64,000 nt of DNA from positions 8,010-72,009 of the forward strand of contig BTVJ01000037.1 of assembly GCA_045863395.1 (NCBI GenBank), given 5' to 3'. Within the stretch, counting starts at the first letter, position 1. Each line of letters starts with the position of its first letter. Under the pieces are notes generated by a model that saw only the letters and a list, made by a program, of their open reading frames with translations, had not been told where the DNA came from and made no database searches. Position numbers and translations under genes: made by a program. Shown in pieces: positions 19,275 through 27,390 of the stretch. This DNA is from Myxococcales bacterium (GTDB taxonomy: Bacteria > Myxococcota_A > UBA9042 > JABWCM01 > BTVJ01).

Positions 19275-19564
19275 GGGTGGTCCTCCGTCGGGTGAGCGGG
19301 GCGAGCAGCCGCCCCGAAGGCGTGTCGGTCGAAGCGCTCCACGTCCGAGAAGTCGACCGCGACCAGCGCCAGGGAGGCGCCCGGCAGCGCCTGCACCCGG
19401 CGGCACAGGGCAGCGTCCTCCTCGGGCGTCTCGGTCTCGAAGACGAGGGGGACCCGATCACGCGAGGGCGGCCCCACCGTGATGCGGGGGTCGGCCGCGA
19501 GGGCCTCCAGGGTCCTTTCTGCGCCCTCTGGCCCCAGCGTGAGCACCCAACTGCTGATCGGCAT
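19271..19564 (-). CDS. napD: NapD-like chaperone
   Basis: 97 aa gene overlapping the napA start; MPISSWVL N-terminus and PLVFET...PGASLALVAVDF pattern; AGGAGG RBS. Confidence 0.75.
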   Translation of the reverse strand: MPISSWVLTLGPEGAERTLEALAADPRITVGPPSRDRVPLVFETETPEEDAALCRRVQALPGASLALVAVDFSDVERFDRHAFGAAARPAHPTEDHP

Positions 19565-19711
19565 CGCGTCCTCCTGCGCGGGTGGTCCCCATCGCGTGGT
19601 GGAGCATGGCACGACGTTGCGAATGAATCAATACAAAAATGTCTCTTTACATCTGCACCGACTTGTCCTAAACAAAGTGGACGCATGGCCGGTGGCCAAG
19701 GAGGAGCCCCC
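19565..19711. promoter_or_regulatory. Divergent promoter region between nap and cytochrome c/NrfCD-like operons
   Basis: AT-rich island (gaatgaatcaatacaaaaatgtctctttacat) in a very GC-rich background between head-to-head genes; imperfect palindrome ATACA-AAAA-TGTCT at 19631-19644. Confidence 0.6.
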
Positions 19712-20347
19712 ATGAAGACCGTCGATGAGTCCCTGGTCCCGCAGGCGAGCGCGCCTCACCGCCGCGGCTCACCGTCGCCGTGGTACGCGCTGGTCGCGCT
19801 CCTGCTCCCGGCCTGCGGGCCTGCGAGCGCGGCGCCCGAGCAGGCACCCGAACCGCAGCCCGGCGGCGCCTTCGTCGAGACCATCCACGTGCCGCCCGGC
19901 ATCGGCACCATGCAGACCGACCTGCTCGATCTGCACGGCCGCCCGGTGGAGATCGCCTGCGCGTCCTGCCACGGCGTGCTCCCCCAGATAGGAGAGATGA
20001 AGGAGCCCGACAAGCGCACCTTCCACCAGACCCACAAGCTGGAGCACGGCAAGCTCCAGTGCCGGGCCTGCCACAACCCCGCGAACACCGACGTGCTGCG
20101 CCTGGCGGACGGCGCCACGGTCCCCTTCGCGGAGGTCATCACGCTGTGCGGCCAGTGCCACGGAACGCAGCTCCGCGACTTCGCCCACGGCGCCCACGGT
20201 GGCGTCAACGGCCACTGGGATCTGCGCCGCGGCGACCGCTCGCGCAACACCTGCGTGGTCTGCCACGACCCGCACGCGCCCAAGATCCCGCAGGTCCAGC
20301 CGGCCCGCGGCCCCAACGACCGCTTCCTCGGAGGAGAGCACCGATGA
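19712..20347 (+). CDS. Tetraheme c-type cytochrome, probable lipoprotein
   Basis: CASCH, CRACH, CGQCH, CVVCH; hydrophobic stretch ending LLPAC; GGAGGAG RBS. Confidence 0.9.
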   Translation: MKTVDESLVPQASAPHRRGSPSPWYALVALLLPACGPASAAPEQAPEPQPGGAFVETIHVPPGIGTMQTDLLDLHGRPVEIACASCHGVLPQIGEMKEPDKRTFHQTHKLEHGKLQCRACHNPANTDVLRLADGATVPFAEVITLCGQCHGTQLRDFAHGAHGGVNGHWDLRRGDRSRNTCVVCHDPHAPKIPQVQPARGPNDRFLGGEHR

Positions 20348-21252
20348 GCGACACCGGCTTCACCCGGCGCACCGCGCTGAAGGCCACGGGGGCAACCCTG
20401 GGCGCGCTCGCCTTCGCCAAGGCCATCGAGCCCCTGACCACGTGGGCGGAGGGCGTGAGCCTCGACGAGTTCCTGCAGCGCCACTACAAGGAGCTCTCCC
20501 CCGACGACATGCAGGCCGTGCTCCGCCGCCTCGAGGCCGAGACGAAGCGCGACTACGGCGCCGACGTACACATCGAGGACGTGAAGCCCATTCCCGGCGT
20601 GGTGTTCGGCTATGCGCTCAACCTGAGCGTGTGCATCGGCTGCCGCAAGTGCGCCGAGGCGTGCCACAAAGAGAACAACCACGATCGCGCGAGCAACAAC
20701 TCGTACATCCGCGTCATCGAGATGCAGAAGGGGAGCCTCGACCTGGATCGCGGCAATACGACCTACGATCACCCGGTCCCGGCAGAAGGAAAGTTCTATA
20801 TGCCGGTGCAGTGCCAGCAGTGTGAGAACGCGCCCTGCGTGCGGGTCTGCCCCGTGGAGGCGACCTGGACCGAGCCGGACGGCATCACCGTGGTCGACTA
20901 CAACTGGTGCATCGGCTGCCGGTACTGTGAGGCCGCCTGCCCCTACCACGCCCGGCGCTTCAACTGGCAGAAGCCGGTGGTCCCGGCCGACGAGGTGAAC
21001 CCCGACCAGGCGTACCTCTCGAACCGCATCCGCCCCCAGGGCGTGGTCGAGAAGTGCACCTTCTGCCTGCACCGTACCCGCAAGGGGCGGCTGCCCGCCT
21101 GCCTGGAGGCCTGCCCGACGGGCGCCCGCGTCTTCGGCAACCTGCTCGACCCGAGCTCCGACATCCGGTGGGTGCTGGAGAACAAGCGGGTCTTCGTCCT
21201 CAAGGAGGAGCTCGGGACCCGCCCGCGCTTCTTCTACTTCTTCGACAAGTAG
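20344..21252 (+). CDS. NrfC/DsrO/PsrB-family 4x[4Fe-4S] electron-transfer subunit
   Basis: Tat FTRRTALK; CIGCRKCAEAC, CQQCENAPCVRVCP, CIGCRYCEAACP, CTFC...CLEACP. Confidence 0.93.
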   Translation: MSDTGFTRRTALKATGATLGALAFAKAIEPLTTWAEGVSLDEFLQRHYKELSPDDMQAVLRRLEAETKRDYGADVHIEDVKPIPGVVFGYALNLSVCIGCRKCAEACHKENNHDRASNNSYIRVIEMQKGSLDLDRGNTTYDHPVPAEGKFYMPVQCQQCENAPCVRVCPVEATWTEPDGITVVDYNWCIGCRYCEAACPYHARRFNWQKPVVPADEVNPDQAYLSNRIRPQGVVEKCTFCLHRTRKGRLPACLEACPTGARVFGNLLDPSSDIRWVLENKRVFVLKEELGTRPRFFYFFDK

Positions 21253-21261
21253 GGAGGCAGC

Positions 21262-22569
21262 ATGGCCACCGGAGCAAAGCCCACCCACCTGTGGAGCTAC
21301 CCGACCTTCCTCTGGCGTTCGGTCATCGCGGCCACCGACGGGCGCCCCCTGTTCTACGCCTGGATGACCGCGCTGACGGCCGTCGCCCTCGTGGGCATCA
21401 ACGCGTGGGCCCAGCAGGTCCAAAGCGGCATGATCACCAGCCACATGACCGATCAGGTGAGCTGGGGGCTCTACATCGCCAACTTCACCTTCATGGTGGG
21501 GGTGGCGGCGGGAGCCGTGATGATGGTCATCCCCGCCTACCTGTACCGCGACAAGGACATGCACGACGTGGTGATCGTCGGTGAGCTGCTCGCCGTCGCC
21601 GCCATCATCATGTGCCTGTGCTTCGTGGTCGCCGATCTCGGGCGCCCGGACCGCTTCTGGCACCTGCTCCCCGGGCTCGGGCGCATGAACTGGCCGGTCT
21701 CCATGCTCACCTGGGACGTGATCGTGCTGAACGGTTACCTGCTCTTGAACCTCCACATCGCGGGGTATCTGCTCTACATGCGCTTCCTCGGGAGGCAGCC
21801 CAACCCCAAGTGGTACATCCCCTTCGTGTTCATCAGCATCGTGTGGGCCATCTCCATCCACACGGTCACGGCGTTCCTCTACCAGGGTCTGGGCGGGCGC
21901 TCCTTCTGGAACACCGCCCTGCTCGCGCCGCGGTTCATTGCGTCCGCGTTCGTCGCCGGCCCCGCCTTCATCATCGTCACGCTCCAGGTCCTGCGCCGCG
22001 GCATGGGGGTGGAGATCGGCGACGGGCCCATCCGCACCTTGACGTCCATCCTGCGCGTCACGGTGCTCCTCAACCTCTTCATGGTCGCCTCCGAGGTGTT
22101 CACCCAGTTCTACTCGGGGGGCCACCACGTGGCGGCGGCGACCTACCTGTACTTCGGGCTCCATGGGAAGAGCGCCCTGGTGCCGTGGATCTGGGCCGCC
22201 ATCGTGTTCAACGTGGCGGGCGCGATCATCCTGCTGTCGTCGGCCGCGAAGAGGCACCTCTGGGTGCTCGATCTGGCCTGCGTCCTCGTGTTCGTCGGCG
22301 TGTGGATCGAGAAGGGCATGGGGCTGATCACCCCCGGCTTCATCCCCAGCACGCTCCACGAGATGGTCGAGTACGTCCCGAGCCTCAACGAGTGGAAGGT
22401 GACAGCGGGTATCTGGGCGGCGGGCTTCGGCGTCTACACCGTCGCATTGAAGATTGCAATTCCGGTCTTGAAGGGCAAGATATCCATTCATGGGTCGGGC
22501 GCCGTCGTGCAGCCCGTCGACTTCCACCACAGCGTCGAGGACGAGGCCAAGGCGGACGCCGCCGGGTGA
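21262..22569 (+). CDS. NrfD/PsrC/DsrP-family membrane quinol-interacting subunit
   Basis: Polytopic; MTDQVSWGLYIANFTF, ADLGRPDRFWH, WAISIHTVTAF, LAPRFIASAF, YVPSLNEW. Confidence 0.93.
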   Translation: MATGAKPTHLWSYPTFLWRSVIAATDGRPLFYAWMTALTAVALVGINAWAQQVQSGMITSHMTDQVSWGLYIANFTFMVGVAAGAVMMVIPAYLYRDKDMHDVVIVGELLAVAAIIMCLCFVVADLGRPDRFWHLLPGLGRMNWPVSMLTWDVIVLNGYLLLNLHIAGYLLYMRFLGRQPNPKWYIPFVFISIVWAISIHTVTAFLYQGLGGRSFWNTALLAPRFIASAFVAGPAFIIVTLQVLRRGMGVEIGDGPIRTLTSILRVTVLLNLFMVASEVFTQFYSGGHHVAAATYLYFGLHGKSALVPWIWAAIVFNVAGAIILLSSAAKRHLWVLDLACVLVFVGVWIEKGMGLITPGFIPSTLHEMVEYVPSLNEWKVTAGIWAAGFGVYTVALKIAIPVLKGKISIHGSGAVVQPVDFHHSVEDEAKADAAG

Positions 22570-22587
22570 GGGCCCGAGGAGCTCCAG

Positions 22588-23013
22588 ATGATCTCACAGA
22601 CCGCAGACTACGCGCTCCGCGCCATCGTGCACCTGGCCCGCAGCGGCCCGGACGCCCAGACGGCGCTCGACATCGCCGAGGCGACGCGGGTCTCGCCCGG
22701 CTACCTCTCCAAGGTCATGCAGAGCCTGGTGCGGGCGGGCCTGGTGACATCGCAGCGGGGGCTGCACGGCGGCTTCCGATTGGCGAAGAAGCCCGAGCAG
22801 GTGACGATCCTCGAGATCGTCAACACTGTGGACCCGGTCCAGCGCATCCTGACCTGCCCGCTGGGGCTCGAGTCGCACACGGTCCTCTGCGCGTTGCACC
22901 AGCGCCTGGACGACGTGATCGCGCTCATCGAGGCGCGCCTGGGCTCGACGACCGTGGCGGATCTGTTCGCCGAGGACGCCCACATGCTGTGCGACGCGCG
23001 CACGATGGGCTGA
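22588..23013 (+). CDS. Rrf2-family transcriptional regulator
   Basis: SQTADYALRA...YLSKVMQSLVRAGLVTSQRGLHGGFRLA; CPLG...CALH potential Fe-S ligands. Confidence 0.93.
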   Translation: MISQTADYALRAIVHLARSGPDAQTALDIAEATRVSPGYLSKVMQSLVRAGLVTSQRGLHGGFRLAKKPEQVTILEIVNTVDPVQRILTCPLGLESHTVLCALHQRLDDVIALIEARLGSTTVADLFAEDAHMLCDARTMG

Positions 23014-23072
23014 CCTCCAAGCAACCCCACTCCGCCAATCTCCACCGTAGGTTTGCAGCAACGCCCCGTCCT

Positions 23073-23088
23073 TGGCACAATCCACGCT
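23073..23088 (+). promoter_or_regulatory. Possible sigma-54 (-24/-12) promoter upstream of the DUF4956 operon
   Basis: TGGCACAATCCACGCT has GG and GC at the canonical spacing but lacks the TT before GC. Confidence 0.3.
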
Positions 23089-23248
23089 GGCCGGAGGGTG
23101 CCATGGTGTCGTCGCCCACCATCGCGAGTCAGCACACGCGCGATCACAGAGGCGACGGGCGCCCCTCCCGGCGGGGCCCCGGCGTGAGCGGGGGCTTGCC
23201 GGGAGCCACCCCGGGAGCATGCGGGCCTGCGCCGCGGAGGTCCGGATC

Positions 23249-23935
23249 TTGAGCGAGTTCGAGCGCCTGCTCACATCCTACGGCGACCCGCTGACCCTCA
23301 AGGTCGTCGTGTTCTCGCTGCTGCTCGCCTTTGCCCTGTCGCAGGCCGTCGCTGCGGTCTACATCTGGACCTTTCGTGGCATGTCCTACAGCCGCGCCTT
23401 CGTCCAGGCCGTGTCCATGGGCAGCATCGTCGCCGCCATGCTGATGCTCGCCATCAACAACAACATCGCCGCGGGCCTCGGCATCGCCGGGAGCCTCGCC
23501 ATCATCCGCTTCCGCACGTCCATGCGCGACCCGCGTGACATGGTGTTCGTGTTCGCGTCCCTGGCGGCGGGCATCTCTTCGGGGCTCCGCTCCTGGACGG
23601 CGGCCATCGCCGGCACGCTGCTCTTCTGCATCGCGGGGCTCGCCATGGCGTGGATGGAGTTCGGAAGCCAGCCGGTCCACGACGGGCTGCTGCGCTTCCG
23701 CGTGCCCGCGACACAGGACGCCGAGCTGGAGGTGGCGCGGGTGCTCGGCAAGCACACGCGGCACTTCGCGCTGGTGACGCTGAGAGAGGTCGGGCAGGGG
23801 ACCAGCATGGAGCACGCCTACCAGGTGCGCCTGCCCGACCCGCGGCGTCGCACGCCATTGATGCAGGCCCTCGAGACCATCCCGGGCATCCAGGACGTCT
23901 CTCTGATGCTCCAGGAGCCGACGGTGGATCTGTGA
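23249..23935 (+). CDS. DUF4956-family membrane protein
   Basis: YSRAFVQ...INNNIAAGLGIAGSLAIIRFRTSMRDPRDMVFVF; soluble ACT-like C-terminus; TTG start after GGAGG. Confidence 0.85.
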   Translation: MSEFERLLTSYGDPLTLKVVVFSLLLAFALSQAVAAVYIWTFRGMSYSRAFVQAVSMGSIVAAMLMLAINNNIAAGLGIAGSLAIIRFRTSMRDPRDMVFVFASLAAGISSGLRSWTAAIAGTLLFCIAGLAMAWMEFGSQPVHDGLLRFRVPATQDAELEVARVLGKHTRHFALVTLREVGQGTSMEHAYQVRLPDPRRRTPLMQALETIPGIQDVSLMLQEPTVDL

Positions 23936-26046
23936 ACGGCGTCATCTACCGAGCCCTGTTCCTGCTGCGCACGAAGCTCGGGCCGCCCGTGCTCTTCGCG
24001 GGCACCGTCGCCGCCGCGTGGTGGGTCTGGCAGGACGTGGGACAGCGGGGCGCCGTCGTGGGCTTCGCCGAGGGGGAGGAGGTCCGCATCGGCGTGGTCA
24101 GCAGCGGCCTCATCCAGTCCATCGAGGTGCAGGTGGGACAGGTCGTCGAGGCGGGGCAGCTCATCGCGCGCATCGACCCGCTGCTCATCGAGACGGAGAT
24201 CCGCACCCTGGAGGCGGAGCGGGACGCGCTGGAGGCCTCGATCAAGACCGCTGAGGCGGAGGCGCGAGCGGCTGCCAGCGAGGAGGCGCGGCGGCTGGCG
24301 ACGGATGCCGAGCAGGCCGAGGTGGAGCTGAGCAACGCGACGGCGGCGGCCCGCTCCAAGGCGGCGGAGCTCAAGGCGCTCGGCGAGCAGCGGCGCAAGC
24401 TGGCTGCCTTGCACGAGCGGCGCATGGCCAGCGAGCAGGACCTGGCGGAGCTGGACACGCGCCACGCGGCGCTCAAGCGGGAGACCGCGGAGGCGGAGCG
24501 GGCGCTCACGGTCCTTGCCGCGCGCCTCGAGTCTTCTCGCAAGCGGTTCGAGACGGGGGTGCCCGACCTGGCTGCCGTCTCGTCGGAGCCGCTCCGCAAG
24601 GAGCTGTCGGGGGTGGTCCAGCGTATCGCCGACCTCCAGGCGCAGGTGCAGCAGCTCGATCTGAGGTCGCCCATCCGGGGGACCGTCGCCTCCGTGCTCG
24701 CCCGCGAGGGTGAGGTGGCCCAGACGGGGGTCCCGGTCGCCACGGTGGTCGGGTCCGCGACGGGCAGGGTCATCGCGTGCGTCACCGAGGACCACGCCAT
24801 CTCGGTGCAGGTCGGGGAGTCCGCGCTGCTCTGGCCCAAGGATCGGGGAGGAGAGCCGCTGCGGGGGCGCACCGCGTCGGTCGGCCCCATGGTCGCCCTG
24901 CTCCCCGAGCGGTGCTGGCGCACGGCGCGGATGCCCGCGTGGGGACGGGAGGTTGTCATCCATCTCGACTCCCCGGGCGCCCTGATCTCTGGCCAGGCAT
25001 TCGACGTGCGCCTTGGAGCATCCGCCGAGCCGGGGGCCGTGGCCGCGGCGCCGCCTGCGCCTGCTCTGCCCGCTGCGGCACCCACCCAGCCTGGAGGCGA
25101 TGGCATGGCCCCTCCGCCGGCCGCAGCTCCCCGCGCGATGACAGTCCCCCCGTCGCTGCGGCAGCAGTCCCGCTTCGAGCCTTCCGGCCTCCTCTGGGTC
25201 GAGGGGAAGAGCCGCTATGTGGTGGTCAGCGACGACACGGGCACCAAGGAGGCCGCCGACCACGCCCCCTGGATCTTCACCATGGACGAGGACGGCAACG
25301 TGGATCCGCGACCCCTCATCGTGGAGGGGCTCACGGAGCTGAACGACCTCGAGTCCATCGCGGACGCCGGTGACGGCGCTCTGTGGGTCCTGGCGGCCCA
25401 GTCTCAGAGCAAGAAGGGCAAGCGACCCGCGTCGCGCCAGCTCTTCGCGCGGCTCGTCCCGCAGGGCGACGGCTACCGGGTCTTGGAGAGCACGCGCCTC
25501 TACCAATGGGTGGCGGGGCTGCCCGCACCGGACCGGGCTCGCCTGGGGCTCGGCAGCGAGGACGCCCTCGACGCCTTCAACATCGAGGGCATGACCCGCG
25601 ATGGCGACGCCCTGCTCCTCGGCCTCAAGGCGCCGCTGGACGCCGAGGGGCGTGCGCTGATCTGGCGTGTCGCGGACCCTGGCGCCCTGGTCGGCGGTGA
25701 CGCCGCACCCGCCACCGTTGCGCTGTACGGGCGGCTGCGCATGGACGTGATCGCAGACGGGCGGGAGGCACCAGGGGGCATCGCGGACCTCCTGCGGCTG
25801 CCGGACGGGCGGCTCCTGGTCGCGGCCACCGCGTCGGGGACCAAGACCCTCGACCAGACCGGGTCCCTGTGGCTCACCGCCGCCCCTCCCGAGCCCGGCG
25901 GCGAGATGGAGGCGCGGCGGCTCAGCGCGTTCCCGGGCCTCAAGCCCGAGGGCCTGGCGCTGTCGCCCACAGAGGGGCGCGTGACCATCGTGTTCGACCG
26001 GGACGCCGAGACCCCGGCCTGGCTGGAGATTCCGTGGCCGCGCTGA
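23932..26046 (+). CDS. HlyD-family membrane-fusion protein fused to a DUF3616-like beta-propeller domain
   Basis: N-terminal TM helix; VQVGQVVEAGQLIARID, coiled coil, LRSPIRGTV...EGEV; P/A linker; then EPSGL, VVSDDTG, DLESIA, NIEGMT, LLLGLKAPL, KPEGLAL. Confidence 0.8.
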   Translation: MNGVIYRALFLLRTKLGPPVLFAGTVAAAWWVWQDVGQRGAVVGFAEGEEVRIGVVSSGLIQSIEVQVGQVVEAGQLIARIDPLLIETEIRTLEAERDALEASIKTAEAEARAAASEEARRLATDAEQAEVELSNATAAARSKAAELKALGEQRRKLAALHERRMASEQDLAELDTRHAALKRETAEAERALTVLAARLESSRKRFETGVPDLAAVSSEPLRKELSGVVQRIADLQAQVQQLDLRSPIRGTVASVLAREGEVAQTGVPVATVVGSATGRVIACVTEDHAISVQVGESALLWPKDRGGEPLRGRTASVGPMVALLPERCWRTARMPAWGREVVIHLDSPGALISGQAFDVRLGASAEPGAVAAAPPAPALPAAAPTQPGGDGMAPPPAAAPRAMTVPPSLRQQSRFEPSGLLWVEGKSRYVVVSDDTGTKEAADHAPWIFTMDEDGNVDPRPLIVEGLTELNDLESIADAGDGALWVLAAQSQSKKGKRPASRQLFARLVPQGDGYRVLESTRLYQWVAGLPAPDRARLGLGSEDALDAFNIEGMTRDGDALLLGLKAPLDAEGRALIWRVADPGALVGGDAAPATVALYGRLRMDVIADGREAPGGIADLLRLPDGRLLVAATASGTKTLDQTGSLWLTAAPPEPGGEMEARRLSAFPGLKPEGLALSPTEGRVTIVFDRDAETPAWLEIPWPR

Positions 26047-27335
26047 CCGGCGTTGGGACGGGGCTCCGGGGAGGCTTCGCGGTCCTTGCGGCGTGCGTCC
26101 TCGCCGGCTGCTTCCGGGCTCCCACCTACGAGCCGGGCCGGTTCGCGGGACCCTGGCAGGCGCCACCGGCGGCGGGGGACGTAGACCGGGAGCAGGCCGC
26201 CGCCCTCGCCATCGAGCGGAGCCCCGACGTGGCCGCTGCCCGGGCCGCGGCGCGGGCGGCCGAGCGCGGGGTGGGGTCCGCAGACCAGATGGTCAACCCG
26301 GAGCTGCGGCTGAGCCAGCTCCGCCTGGATCAGGTGATCGAGAGCGCGCCGGTGGTGGAGCTGGGGCTGCGGTTCAAGCCCGAGCGACCGGGCGCCATCG
26401 ACGCGCGAATCCACGAGGCGACGATGCTCGCCGAGGAGGCGCACGCCAGCGCGGACCTCGTCGCCCTGGAGGTGGCCGCCCAGGTCCGTGAGCTCGTCGA
26501 CGTGGTCCACCTCCTCGACCGGGAGGCGCGCGCGGTGCAGCGCCTGGCGGACCTGCGGGAGCTGCTTCGGAGGGAGGTGGCCGAGCGGGTGGAGGCTGCG
26601 GCGGCGACGCGCATGGACCTGGCCGAGGCGGATCTGGACCTGGCGACGGCCCGGGACGACCTCGCGGCGCTGCGACTGGAGAGAGCGCGAGCCGCAGCGT
26701 CCCTGGCGCGCCTCGTCGGGGGCGCGACGGTCACCGCTGAGCCGGACGTGGTGCTGCTGCCCCCAGACGAGGCGCTCGTCCGGCGCGCGCTGGCGGCCCG
26801 GCCTGAGCTGCGCGCCTCGGCGGCCCGCATCGCCGCCGCCGAGGGTGAGGCGTGGGTCGCGCGCTCCGAGGCGTGGCCGTGGCTCTCCTTCGTGCAGGTG
26901 GAGTACGACATCGAGCGCGAGCCGGACCCGCTGGCCTTCGGGGTCGCGCTGGCCGTGGAGCTGCCCCTGCTGAGCTGGAACAGCGGCGCCATCGCCGAGG
27001 CCGACGCCCGCGTGGCGGGCCTCCGCGCCGAGCAGGAGGCCACGGCGCGGCGGACGGCAGATGCCATCGTCGAGGCTGCTGCCCACGTCCGCGCGACGGC
27101 CGAGCGGGTCCGCGCCATCCGCGAGGAGCTCATGCCAGCCGTGGAGGCCGCCGCCGCGTCCATCCGGGACGCCGTGGACGCGGGCGCCGCCGACCCGACC
27201 GCCTCCCTGCGGGCCGACCTCCAGAGTGCGGGCGCGGAGCGGCGGCTCGCGCGCGCGCTGCGAGACCATCGTCAGGCGGTGGTCGCGCTGGAGGCGGCGC
27301 TCGGCGGGCCCCTGGAGGCCACGCGCGACCCCTGA
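26034..27335 (+). CDS. TolC-family outer-membrane efflux lipoprotein
   Basis: Lipobox VLAGC; ALAIERSPDV, ALAARPEL, VELPLLSWNSGAI repeats; ends LEAALGGPL. Start is approximate. Confidence 0.85.
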   Translation: MAALTGVGTGLRGGFAVLAACVLAGCFRAPTYEPGRFAGPWQAPPAAGDVDREQAAALAIERSPDVAAARAAARAAERGVGSADQMVNPELRLSQLRLDQVIESAPVVELGLRFKPERPGAIDARIHEATMLAEEAHASADLVALEVAAQVRELVDVVHLLDREARAVQRLADLRELLRREVAERVEAAAATRMDLAEADLDLATARDDLAALRLERARAAASLARLVGGATVTAEPDVVLLPPDEALVRRALAARPELRASAARIAAAEGEAWVARSEAWPWLSFVQVEYDIEREPDPLAFGVALAVELPLLSWNSGAIAEADARVAGLRAEQEATARRTADAIVEAAAHVRATAERVRAIREELMPAVEAAAASIRDAVDAGAADPTASLRADLQSAGAERRLARALRDHRQAVVALEAALGGPLEATRDP

Positions 27336-27390
27336 TCCCGGTCCATGACCGTCCCCTGAGTGGTCGACCGCTCTTCACACAGGAGCCCCG

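Noticed and set aside
19607..19620. Sigma-54 promoter-like TGGCACGACGTTGC upstream of the cytochrome operon
   Set aside because: The GG-to-GC spacing is one base shorter than the strict -24/-12 requirement.
19617..19631. FNR/Crp box (TTGCG-N5-ATCAA)
   Set aside because: Only the right half-site matches, and the spacing is N5 rather than N4.
19712..22569. Complete Nrf nitrite reductase, Qrc or alternative complex III operon
   Set aside because: No NrfA (CxxCK heme), no QrcB/ActB molybdopterin-like subunit and no ActDEF genes are in the window.
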